Source: Octopus vulgaris (taxonomy: Eukaryota). From it: 64,000 bases of DNA. The notes beneath the pieces are model-generated. The model was not told the DNA's origin, did not search any database, and worked only from the letters and a program-made list of their open reading frames with translations. Below are positions 42,701 through 55,329 of this stretch, one piece after another (position 1 is the first letter of the stretch; each line of letters starts with the position of its first letter). The position numbers and the translations under genes were made by a program. Location: the NCBI GenBank assembly GCA_951406725.2, contig OX597815.1, positions 140,988,001 to 141,052,000 of the forward strand, given 5' to 3'.

Positions 42701-43570
42701 TAAGTTTTAAAATGCTAAATGAATGTTGCACCACTGAATACAACATTAACGTGCATTGACGTATGAATAATGTCCATTTAGAACTCCATAAATAATTGTA
42801 TATTTCTCTCGGAGGCAAAATATATTTCACTGTAAATATTGAGTATTTATTGAGATTTCATATCGATTTATAACTGTATAACATTCAGATAACGCCTAAA
42901 TATATGTAAAGTAATATATGTTATATTCGCCTCCTATAGAGTTGTTCCTGCAGAGGTTTCGTGTTCTCTTCTCTGGCATAATGTTACATTAGCATCGTGA
43001 ATACAAAATATTTTTCTGTAGCATTCAGTGGGCGGTTATTTTGTTTAAATTGTTGCAGTTATGTTTCTTTTCCATTATGCTTTTTTGTATTTAAGTTGCG
43101 TGCTGAATTCATTTTAAGAACGTAAAGACACACATCTAGCTAACTTTCAGTTTGTAACTACTCGTATATCAGGCAGGGTGCTACTACTGCTACAAATAGT
43201 CACACATATACATACAGACAAAAGAAAGAAAAAAAACACAAACCTTTCACTATGAATGTGCTGATCAAACAAAGGAACAACTGCAACTATGAACGAAAGT
43301 AAACCAAGAAACACTCACTCATCGCACAAAATCTATAAGTAGTTCACCAGCGTGGATATCAATTTATTATAACAATTGAGATCTTTAATAATTACAACGA
43401 ATTATAGTAAATTCATGGAGCTGTTCTGTTATATTTTAGATGTGATATGTAAAACATATTATTGAATTAGGTATGCCAGGTTGTTTTTATTGTTAAGCAA
43501 TGTCATCAATAATGATTTTACTTTATACACTAAAGCCATCACAATGCCATTATTTTGGGGTCAAATATAT

Positions 43571-43808
43571 ATTTCTTTTATTGCCCACAAGGGGCTAAAC
43601 ATAGAAAGGACAAACAAGGACAGACAAAGGGATTAAATCGATTACATCGACCCCAGTGCGTAACTGGTACTTAATTTATCGACCCCGAAAGGATGAAAGG
43701 TAAAGTCGACCTCGGCGGAATTTGAACTCACAACGTAACGGCAGACGAAATACAGCTACGCGTTTCGCCCGGCGTGCTAACGTTTCTGCCAGCTCGCCGC
43801 CTTCCTTA
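43571..43808 (-). mobile_element. Young tRNA-derived SINE, family C (Deu/Nin-like central domain), with 13-bp TSD
   Basis: Minus strand reads GGCGGCGAGCTGGCAGAAACGTTAGC...GAGTTCAAATTCC (B box)...CCTTTCATCCTTTCGGGGTCGATAAATTAAGTACCAG. TSD GGGTCAAATATAT at 43558-43570 and 43809-43821. Confidence 0.9.
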
Positions 43809-44706
43809 GGGTCAAATATATTTAAGGCTACATCAGTCGATGTGTTATTTCACTTTTGAAACGACAGAGTTTGATTTAGCTGTTTTATTTTGCAGATTGA
43901 TCGATGAATAAATGTGTACAACATTTGCTTCTATAACCACAGTGGCTTGAACCAACTAATGTTCCCGTTTTTCATGTTGTAGTTGTCGCTCGAAAACTTT
44001 TTCAGCGTAAACGAGTCAAAAACGAAAAGAAAACCATGATGCATTGTGTAGTAGTTTATAATTAAGTTCTTTTCTATTCAGTGAACTTGTCCAGGTAACT
44101 TAGAGTTTTGACATAAGACGTTTGAGATCAAACTGACATTGTAAATACATACGATGTTCTATGTACACCAATTCATTAAGCATATAGGTTTTTTTCCATT
44201 CCTTAAACTGTTAACAGAATATTTGTTTTATCAGGCCGATACGTTTACTCGAAAATAGTACCATCCACTTATCGTAGCGGCTATAGCTATACATACAAAC
44301 ATGCATATATAGGAGAAATTGCGATAAAGAATGAAATTAAGAGTACTCCTGATAATCCATTATGGTTTAGCATCCAATTGCGCGTGCACCATCGAATCCA
44401 CAGTTCTAAAGAGCGACTATGGCGAAACGTACGTAGAAACAAATGATAGAAATAGTGTTTAAGGTAAACTCTCCAACATTTCATTTGTATATCATAACTA
44501 ATAATACTATTAAATATAGAAGTGGCTAAATCACTACACTGGAAGTAGACTGCGTGATGATAATCTACAACTAGCTCTAAACACAATAGTAACAGTCGAA
44601 CATATAATTGTACACTGAAGATATGCTACATACATTATAATGTCTATATACGCTTATATCTCACTCCCTTCCTCCCCCTCTCTCTCTCTCTCCCTCTCTC
44701 TCTCTC

Positions 44707-44753
<47 letters not shown>

Positions 44754-44758
44754 CAAAA

Positions 44759-44796
44759 CTGTCCGACGAACGGGGACGTGAAACTCCGAGTAACAG
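44759..44796 (+). ncRNA. Minimal type I hammerhead ribozyme-like motif (one core substitution)
   Basis: CTGT-CCGACGA-ACG-GGGA-CGT-GAAA-CTCCGAG-TA-ACAG. Stem I CTGT/ACAG, stem II ACG/CGT, stem III ACTC/GAGT and the GUA cleavage triplet are present. The core is CCGACGA against the consensus CUGANGA. Confidence 0.65.
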
Positions 44797-46884
44797 CTTT
44801 TGTTAAATTTCTGCTGCTTTTAAATAAAGTATATATATATATATATAAACAGTCACACACACTCACACACACAGACCCACACACACAGAAACACACATGC
44901 ACGCACACATGCATATATACATACATTCAGACACTTATATATGAATAAACATAGATATATCCATATATTAATGCTTTTGTAGATATACAGGTGTGTTTAT
45001 GTGCTTCTGTGTGCGCACAATTGCGGGTTAGCAACAACTGTAAATCACAGTTGTTAGATCTCAATTGTTATAATAAAATTGATATCCTGCTTACACACAA
45101 CATCAATGTGAAAGTATTTCTGTCGCTGAAATATTTTTATGTTTTATTTTCTAACAGAAATTATATGTATCTTGTTTTATATTTTATTAATTAAAATAAC
45201 TACATATATTTACAAAAATATCATGGGTATAAAATATTGTTACAGACGATAATTTGTATTGTGATGCTATAAATCATGTTTAGCTGAAAGGCAGCAAATA
45301 CTGTTTTTCTAATAAATGAATGGAATTATGATTAAATATTCAATGTCTATAGAATTACATTTTTTAAAAAAACAGCTATTCAACACAGACGAGATTAAAT
45401 AATAAAGATCTGAGCACTTTTTTTCTGATAATTCCTGCATTGAAATTGTGAACGCTGAGAATGTGATCAATCAGGAACGTTTCTGAAATAACTTTAAGAA
45501 ATCTAATTAAAATGGAATAGGGCAAATAATATTTTTGTGACAATTGTTATAATACACATTATTAGCATTATATTTTCTTGTATATGAAAACTTTTGCACA
45601 ATAAAAAAAACAAAGCAAATAAATAGATAAAGAAAGAAAACAAACAAAAGAAAATGTAGTTGCATGAAAAATGATAACACATTAATTAATGTTAATTTCC
45701 AGTCATGTCATTAATGCATTTTTTACTCCTGCAGCGTTCTTAGATTTTTTCTTATTCTCAGCCAATCCTAGAAAATGAATTCAGTTGGTTATAGGTTAAA
45801 TTGAGTCGATTACAAAATCAGTGAACGAAAGTATTTTGTATTCACTGTCTATGAAAACAGTATATAATAATAACAGGGAATATTTGAAAGATGCTAAAAG
45901 GGAACAGAATGGGAGCAGATAAACAGGGAAACCGACGTAATGTGATGAAAAGAAAAATAATTTTGATGTGTGGATAAACTTGGTTCAAGAAGAGACGATT
46001 AGTTGTGTCTCTTCTTTCTCCAGAAACCTTTTTCCGTTTCTCTTTCCATTTCCTCCCTTTCTCTTGCCCTTCATTTCCTTTCTCTGTTTCACTCCTTCAT
46101 TGATTTAGTACCATGTATATTTACTTTGAGATAACATTCGCTATTCACTCTCGCGATCGTAAACAAGATGGAAAGGTTAACTTGCATTATGTTCTTTTTA
46201 TGTTAAAAATCCTAAGTGTAAAATTTTACTCTTAATTCACCTAAAAAACAACCGGTTTTTTACATGATGCAATATTTTTGTTTATCAATAAAGAACACGT
46301 CCGAAACAGCTGTACTGAAACTCAACCCACTCTCCGAAACTTTCTTGCGTTGGATCTTGAGCCTGTAGTCGACGTGTCATATGTGCACTTATATGTGATT
46401 TTGCGTACAAGTTGTGTATTCGGTCTGTACTAGCGAATATGTTGCATAACTGCAGGAATAAATCTATATGTACTTTAATAAACACGTTTGAGTCCCTTCA
46501 TATTGTTAGTGCATCTTGTTAGGTCCACTATCGCCGACTCTACCTTGGTTCTTTTACTATTTGAATATTTTGAATCTATCAGATTCAAATTTTGTTTGTA
46601 TATATATGCATGCATGTATTCCTGTATGTATATATATGCATTCATGTATATATGTACGTACTCCTCTATATATGTATGTTTGTACGTATGCATGCACGTA
46701 TATAGGTAGTTATGTATGTATGCATGCAAGCAGGTTGAAACACTCTGACAGCATCGAATGGTAAGGAATAACGTCTGACCATTTAATTCCAATGTATTTC
46801 ATCCGATGTATAACACTTGAGTTCGGTTCTTTAGATTATAAACAGTTTAGTGAGTGTATATCACCCAAAAATAATTCGTGTTAG

Positions 46885-47045
46885 GTGTAAGAAGGTTATA
46901 TCCACCCTAGAGTTCAACTGATACTTATCTCATCACTCCGAAAGGATAAAAGGTAAAGTCGACCTCAGTGAAATTTGACCTCAGAACATAAACTCAATGC
47001 CGCTAAGGATTTTTCCGTCTTGCTAACGATTCTCTCAGATGCCCA
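46885..47045 (-). mobile_element. SINE family C, decayed copy
   Basis: CTCCGAAAGGATAAAAGGTAAAGTCGACCTCAGTGAAATTTGA aligns with 43683-43725. Weaker copies lie at about 32880-33090 (+) and 60480-60600 (-). Confidence 0.7.
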
Positions 47046-47217
47046 CACCAAACGTGTAAAACATGGTTTTCTCTGGTATCTCGGATGAAAGTTTGTCCGG
47101 AAACCCTTTGAAGACCTCCATAACTGCAATCAAGAATCTCTGAGTTTGTTTGGCAGAAAGTTGAATATATTATACAATTTTCTTTTAAAATTTTTCGGTT
47201 GTATTTTTTGAGACATA

Positions 47218-47371
47218 CTACTCTTTTACTCTTTTACTTGTTTCAGCCATTTGACTGCGGCCATGCTGGAGCACCGCCTTTAGTCGAGGAGATCGACCCC
47301 GGGACTTATTCTTTGTAAGCCCAGTACTTATTCTATCGGTCTCTTATGCCGAACCGCTAAGTGACGGGACT
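47218..47371 (-). mobile_element. SINE family A 3' fragment with LINE-type tail
   Basis: Reverse complement ends GGCGGTGCTCCAGCATGGCCGCAGTCAAATGGCTGAAACAAGTAAAAGAGTAAAAGAGTA. The upstream part matches the SINE 3' half at 19845-19935, not the LINE body. Confidence 0.85.
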
Positions 47372-47800
47372 TTATACTAGACTTTATTTTTTTTCATTTC
47401 ATCTCGTGCTATTTACGAGCTATCTCCTACCAGAGAAATACTAGGATCCATTAGACGTGAGATTTTATTATTTCATTCTGGTAGTATACAATGCAATTCC
47501 TAAATTTTAAGAGATAAAACATCTAGTCATACACTGTTTTAGCTGTATTTTAAATGTTTCTAAGCATTTTACTCTAGGTTTGAATTGATTACGTGTAACA
47601 GTTTTTATTTGTTATTTAGTAGAAGAATCAATGCTGGAGAGATTAGCGTATACACACACACACACATACATACACACATATACATATGCACATATATTTA
47701 TGTATGTATGTATCTCTCTCTCTCTCTCTACTCATATATATATATACACATACACACATGTATATATGTATGCATGTATCTCTCTCACTCTGTCTGTCTG

Positions 47801-47837
<37 letters not shown>

Positions 47838-48636
47838 GCACACCAACACAAATAAGCACATGCATACATGGGGAAAGTAAGGAAGAGAGAGAGATGATTT
47901 TTAATGTATGTTCCCCTAAACATTATGAATAACTATCTATCTATTTGACAAAAGAGCAGAAGCCCTTAATTTTAACTGACACAAGATATTTGTTTACACA
48001 ATAGGAAAATAGTTGAGCTTGTTCTGCACAATACTCTCCAAATACCAATATAACCTCTATATACGCACTTATTAATATATTATGGTGTATAACAGCACAC
48101 ACGAGTGCACCCATACACAAAACATATACTCAATACCGGCATATGAAATGTAGCTGTCGCAAAAATAATTATAATGAAGACATACACCTATGTATAACCG
48201 TATATATAGAAAAATATATCGTTGTAATATACTTAAATATTACCAGATGGGCAATCTTTATGGGTCATATAAAAATATTTCAAAATACTTTCGTATTGTA
48301 ATGATTTGTGTATGAGAAATTTGTTGCTATACCATCATATGTTTTCTTTTGAAAGAAAAATATACTAAACATCCTTTTCTCAACAATATAGGTAGTAATT
48401 TATTTTTACAACCAGAAATAAAGGGAAGTGCTGCCTACATAGCGTGGTTACATAAAATTGGTGTTGCAATATCATAGTGTCATATAATAAATATTAGTAT
48501 GTGTGTGTCTGTGCGTGTGTGTGTATATCTATATATGTGTATATATTTATGGATATATATGTGTGTGAGGGGGGTGTACATGTATATATAAGTATATATA
48601 TATGTGTGTGTACATATAGATAGGCTTAAATACATG

Positions 48637-48671
<35 letters not shown>

Positions 48672-48730
48672 GTATATGTGTATATATATATATATGTATA
48701 TGTGTATATATATATATGTATATAAATATG

Positions 48731-48778
<48 letters not shown>

Positions 48779-49795
48779 TATATACATGAATATATATATA
48801 TTTGCACGCATGTATGTGTAGACAAGCGCGTACGCAACTATATGTTTCAAGGAATTTAATTTTTCCATTTTTCTTGATTTACTTTTTGCGTTTATTGGGA
48901 AGTCAGACATATATCTATTGCACTATTTCTATTGCATTGCACTGTCTATGTGACACATATTAATTTTATGTGTTGCGAAACTTTGATTTATATCGTGAGA
49001 GTAGCCAAATTATATACATGCATAAATAAACACACGCCCACACAAACATACGCACATACACATATATACGCCCCTACACATACACTTATATCTATATATG
49101 AACGTATGTATACACACGCAAATTCAGACACATATGAAAGCACACACACACACACATATTGTCTAACTGAAATATACAATGCCCCTTGGGTGTGCAGCAG
49201 GGAATTGAATTATACGTCGCAATGTAATTGGATGAAATTATGGAAAAAAAGCTTCTGAATAAACAATAGATTGTGTAACTCACGTAACTTGCTCTAATTT
49301 TCAGAATATTTCTTCTCCTTTCATTTTCGAAACCGAAATTAATATTCAGCCAAAATTGAAATAAAGATATTCAGAAATTAAATGTATTTAATCTCGTTTC
49401 TCCATTTTACTCTAAAACCGATTCTTAATCGAACATTGGAACAATAATTCTATATTATAATGCTAAGTTCTAAATCTTCAACTCTAAAAGCTAACTAAAC
49501 TTGTAATTTGAATACATGACTCAGAAACCGATGTATTGTTTACAAGAATTGTTATCTCGTATTTTTATAGCATAATGTACAGAGAACAATTCAAAAAAGA
49601 AAATATTACGACTTCTTTCCTTCGCAACAATACATTAGGAGAATGATAAAATCATCGAAATGACGAAGAAAAATACACTACCCACAGAATGTCATAATCT
49701 CCAGTGTTGGAAATCTTGAAATAAAATGAACATGCTGAATATGCATACATACTTTCATGCACACTCTCACACACATTTGTCTGTATGTATGTATA

Positions 49796-49826
<31 letters not shown>

Positions 49827-49885
49827 CAGTATGTATGTATTTGTGTGCATGTATTTATGTATGTGCGTATATATATATATGTATG

Positions 49886-49935
<50 letters not shown>

Positions 49936-50350
49936 TATATATTATATAAATTATGTATCTTTTTTAAAAAATGTATATATATTTATATATAATGGGATCT
50001 AACGAATTACATTTAATTTAATTTAAGATTTAATTTCGTCAGACAATATATTATTTAATTATCAGGTGGCTTATTTATTTGTAATATTAAATTTTAAGTT
50101 AATTAGGTATTATATTATTTGATATTTAGTCATCTTTGTTATAGATTATTATATTAAATCTATAGATACTACACATGTAGTATTATATGGTTAGTTTATT
50201 TAAGGAGTTTGTCTATATTTGAACCATTTCTTATTTTGATTACAATTTAATGACTTGTACTAGCTTTGTGCATTCAATTTAATTTTAATGTATTTAATAA
50301 TTTAAGTATTGTTTCAGTTTTCACTTATGTATATTTAGTATTTTCATATG

Positions 50351-50440
<90 letters not shown>

Positions 50441-50479
50441 ATATTTATTAATTCATTATTTTATTGTTCTAGTTTATTT

Positions 50480-50570
50480 TTAATCTGATGAGTGACTATA
50501 TTTATATTGAAGTGATTTCTCTACTACTATAATCATTTGTTAAATATAGCCACGAACACGTGTCGTTATT
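50480..50570 (+). ncRNA. Hammerhead-like motif with long stem II
   Basis: CTGATGA (50485-50491), GTGACTATATTTA...TAAATATAGCCAC (12 of 13 paired), then GAA-CACGTG-TC. One A of GAAA is missing. Confidence 0.55.
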
Positions 50571-51103
50571 CTACAAATTATTTACGTTTCTATTATCATT
50601 ATCATCCTCTTTTTTTGCAATTTACTTAATGATTGACATTTTATTGTTATTTTAATTTTAATATTTCTGTTATATATAATTTTCTAAATGGAGTAATTTA
50701 ATTGTTCATTTTCAATTGATAAAAGGTGGGTTTTTTTCTTATTTTATATATATATATATTATATTGTGTGAAATTTGATTTAGTATGTCTAAATTGAATT
50801 TTTTTCCTTGTAAGTTTGGATTTTATTCCCTCAAATAATAATTATATATATATATATATAGATGAAAATCCACGCAGTAGATAAAGTACTGTACTCTTTA
50901 TATTTCTGTATCATTTTTATAATTTGCATATATTTATTATATTATAAATGCAAAACAATACCACTCACTCGCTTCCCTAATTTTGTTTTCCATAGAGTAT
51001 GTGAGATTCCTTGTTTACTCATCTATGGTATGTTATCTATTTTCTTTTAATATTTTGTAATTAATGTGTAGAAAAAATTTTGTAGAAAAAAACTGTTGGC
51101 GGC

Positions 51104-51173
51104 CAGCCATGAGACTCGATTTCACATCCCTGTTATTATGCGTCAAGTGATTTACCATTAAGCTAAACTGGCT
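51104..51173 (-). pseudogene. Degenerate tRNA-like sequence
   Basis: Minus strand reads GCCAGTTTAGCTTAATGGTAAATCACTTGACGCATAATAACAGGGATGTGAAATCGAGTCTCATGGCTGGC. It has an A-box, an acceptor-like stem GCCAGTT/GGCTGGC and a degenerate T arm. Confidence 0.5.
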
Positions 51174-51389
51174 GCCGACAAATTTTTCTGCAAAATATGG
51201 ATATTTTATCCTGTTAATGCCATATTATTAGCATTATCCTGCGTTTGAGTTTAAAATTATTTCCTCATCTGTATCTTTCAATACATGTCAACGCTTTAAA
51301 AGCAAACTTTGTTGACTTTCAAAGTAATTTGTATTTAATACATTTATATATTTATACCTACCTGCATATATAGTGGTTGCTACATCTTG

Positions 51390-52803
51390 AGAGATGATAG
51401 CCATCCCATCAATACACACACACACACCACACTGTCACACAGTAAAATCACCCGTTGATGAACCCTTAGACGACTTTTAAGACTAGCTGCTGACTGATAG
51501 GGCTTAAAACACACGTGCCAAATTATTCAAGTTTCTTTTATATCTTTGCACTATGGAATCTGATTCTGAAGGAATGTTTTTTTATGAAAGAACGTATGTC
51601 TTTTAAGTTCATATATTGTCTTACAAGTTTTTTGACATATGACACAAGTCGTAAGAGGTGGTTGGTGTCCGAAATCATTACCTGTCTGGGCATTACAATT
51701 TTCATGCAACTTCATATGGTTCAAACATCCTGCTTTTGGCAACAGAACATGGTGACATATATCACGTGTCCAAAGTTTACTGTTGATTACAGCAACAATT
51801 GTTCTTCTGCGGCAGGCCCTTTTACGTTCAGAGTGCTGAATCATCTTTTCCTCCTAGGCATTGCAACCAGTCCTATTAGCACCTCTACACTTCTCTCGAT
51901 CTAGAGCATCCTTTTCCCAATCACTTTTGTTCATATCTAGTTTCTTCAGTCTTTCCTTCACAAAGACTTTATACCTTTTCCTCGGCTTATGTTGTGGTCG
52001 CTTACCGAGCTCACGGTAAAATAAACGCTTTGGTAAACGCTCATCTTTCAATCTAATAACATGTCCAGTCCATCTCATTTGAGTCAAAAGAACACGTTGT
52101 TCAATTGAGCTGCAAGTGCCATGCACATAGCCTCTGTATCCAGTATGAACATTTTCCCACTTGACTCCTAGAATAAATCTGCAGCATTTTTGATGAAATC
52201 GTTCCATGTGACGCTTACAAGTGGTCCATATCTCACTTGAGTAAAGGAGTGCAGACAATACACACGCTTTATCGACACTGATATATTTGTCTGCAGGGAA
52301 AAATATCTATCCGACCATACTCGCGTTTCGAGCCTTCCAAATGCAACGCTTCCCATCTCTATTTGACAGTATATCTCTGCATCAAGACTACTATCTCTTG
52401 ACAGTGTGCTTTCTAGGTAAACAAAGGTGTCAACGACTTCTAACCTTGTTCAATTCACAAAAATGTTTGGTTCAGAATATATTTGTCCTGGCATGGGAGT
52501 AAATATCACTTTGGATTTTCCCAAACTAATTGTGAGTCCGAAATGTACATAGGCAGTGGAAAATCTGTCCATTAAATGTTGCACATACCCCTCTGGGTGT
52601 GCCGAAAAATCAGCATCATCAGCTTAAAGTAATTCTCTAACAAGTCAAATTCTCAAACAAGTCAAATTAAAAATACGCCCATATGTTCGGAATCTGATTC
52701 CGATTCCCCTGTTGCAACCCTTGAAAGCATACCAAAGTAATGCAGCAAGATGAATAGAGAAAAGTGTAGGGGCAGGAATATCGCCATGTTTGACACCGCA
52801 TTA
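51390..52803 (-). mobile_element. RTE-clade LINE, 5'-truncated and decayed
   Basis: Remnants GVKHGDIPAPTLFSI, RELL*ADD (about 52615-52638), ALLYSSEIWT, ERFHQKCCRFILGVKW, QMRWTGHVIRLKDERLPKRLFY, ALDR, and C-terminal C2H2 motifs. Confidence 0.88.
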
Positions 52804-52823
52804 GAGAGTACCTGAGCTTTTAT

Positions 52824-53180
52824 GTGGAAATTCTTCAACTTCTATAAGATGTACACACAGACAACCAGTATGGGAGTGAAACATACATTTATATACTTAT
52901 GTATACATATCTATATTTGTATGTATATGTGTTTGTTTGCGTTTGTGTGTGTGTGGAGGTTTATGCATATACACATGTCAGTGAGTTAAACGTATTCTGT
53001 CGGTTGAAAACATTACAGTTTTCGCTGCAATATGCGAGTGTCTTATTGAAAGCACCCGTAAGCTACGGAAATTATATATTATAATATAAGACGGCTTGCT
53101 GTATACGTCGTGCAGAATAAGATGATATCACTCATTTTTCTGTGTACGTGTTCCTATAGAAGTTGAAGAATTCCAACATG
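52824..53180. mobile_element. MITE-like element with terminal inverted repeats of about 35 bp
   Basis: AATTCTTCAACTTCTATAAGATGTACACACAG is paired with CTGTGTACGTGTTCCTATAGAAGTTGAAGAATT. Confidence 0.55.
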
Positions 53181-54004
53181 TTATTCGCCATGATTTGTCA
53201 ACCGTATCAAATAGATGTGATAGCCTCCAACCTTTTTCTTGGAAGATCTGTTAGGTTTTACCTGTCACAGCCTGTATAAATGCTCTGCTTATCTCAACAT
53301 ATATTTACTCTCCAACTGTTCTTTAACATCAAATCCCGCCGAGCTAGCATTTGCGATTTCCCACAGCGTAACACAGTGTCTCCTTCAAACAAATATATGA
53401 AAATAAACGTATATTAGAACGTATTGCGTGATATCACTGATTGTTTCATAGTATTTACATACTAGAAATATACTTTTCGTCAATAATGAATAATTGTCTG
53501 GAAATTATATACATTTAATGTTGATAGATCGTATATCTTCTTAATGTGCTCGCCAAACACGCGCACACGCGCGCGCACGGACACGCACATTTACGCATAT
53601 ACTTTAAAGTTAAAAAACCTTTTTTTCTCAAAATTATTGAATTTTCAATTAATACGCAAATTGTACTATAACAATGAACTTTTAAATCAGTTTAGATAAC
53701 GTTGAATGAATGATGGAGCCTACAGGAGATCGCTTGTGATAGTAAAATTAAAAGCCAAAATTCATCTGAAAATTATACAAGTTTTTATACTGTAGGAGCC
53801 TACTGGATAAGATACACATTCTGAGATACAATATACCTTAAAAACAGGATAGCAATGGATGTGATGATACCTTCGATAATAGCCTTACTCTATCGAATCG
53901 GATGCCGTGTTCATCAACAATAACGACTATTAGAGATTTTATCACACTTCAGTCATTTGAAGCTAAACAGATTTAGTTTTAAATATACAGTTTTTTGGGA
54001 TATG

Positions 54005-54287
54005 CCATCTTTTATATTTTATTTGTTTCACTCATTTGACTGAGGCCTTGCTGAAAAACCGCCTTGAAGGGTTTTAGTCAAACGAATTGACACCAGGAAT
54101 TATTTTTTCGACACTTGCCGTGTATGTAACCGGAGTTATTACTGAACCGCTAAGATACAGAGACGTAAAGAAAGCAAAAACGGTGGTGGGGAATAAACAC
54201 AGACACCAAAAAGACAGACACTCTCACTCATTCATATATGCATAATGCATACATACATACATACATAAATGTGCACGTGTGTGTGCA

Positions 54288-54345
<58 letters not shown>

Positions 54346-54505
54346 CACGACAACCTTCACATTTTATGTCTACGAAATCTCATGAGAAAGTTTTAGCTGG
54401 CCCGAGACAATAGTCGAAGAAACTCGCCCAAGTTGACACACTGTGACACAGAACTCAGAACACGTGGTTGGAAAGCAAATTTCTTACCACACAACCACTC
54501 CTGGG
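54005..54505 (-). mobile_element. SINE family A, full-length and decayed
   Basis: The tail TTTGTTTCACTCATTTGACTGAGGCC, an internal (TG)n and the head CTTACCACACAACCACTCCTG occur in the expected order. Confidence 0.75.
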
Positions 54506-55329
54506 TAATTATTGAAAACTGTTCACCAATAAACATAACACGGTCCACTAACACTCTTTACAATTTTAGCAATATTGCTTTGTTCTAACTCCAGAATACA
54601 CTGACCATGTACAGATACAAAAATAAAAAGTACAAAATAATAACAGCAGTTTTCTGCCGGAAAGTAGGAGAGAAAAAACGGTAGAGAAGCAAGCACGTAG
54701 CCACGCGGCTATGGGATGTCAGTATCTGAAGTCGCTAAAGATGCAATAAATTGAATTTCTTTTGATTTAGTAGTGATATGAAAATGTAGGGTGCTGACCG
54801 GATCATCAACTGTGAGTTGAATTAAGGAGTGACTCACGCTGGGTCAGTTGTTGTTGTTGTGGTGGTGTTCGTCGTGGTGGCGACGCCGGCGGTGGTGCTG
54901 GTGATTTTCCTTATTGCTGTTGAAAAGTATGTGAAGAATTGATGCTGTTGTTAGAGATTTATGGTAGTAAGTGCAACACCACACACGTATATATACGAAC
55001 AGAGACGGACATTAAAAAGTCATTTTATTTCTACTAGTCAGAGAGGACTTATTCGCGAAAAAGGAAAGAAAATTTTAGAAATTTCCCAAAATATACATTC
55101 AGAAATGATTTTTCATGTGAGAACTTTCACTGAATAATTTTCCTTACTCTTTGAACAAAGTTTATACTGATATCATTTTGTGTTTAACTAAAAACGCATA
55201 ACTTTGAAGAAACTGAAAAAAAAAATTGCTTCAACTGAAATCTCTTACGAGTTTAATTTTAAGATACATATATTTTAAGAAACCGTTACTCTTACTACAA
55301 TATTCTACCTTAGAATGAATTATTGCGAA

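Noticed and set aside
46285-46455. Possible minus-strand exon after the acceptor TTTATTCCTGCAG
   Set aside because: No donor, no recognisable peptide and no partner exon.
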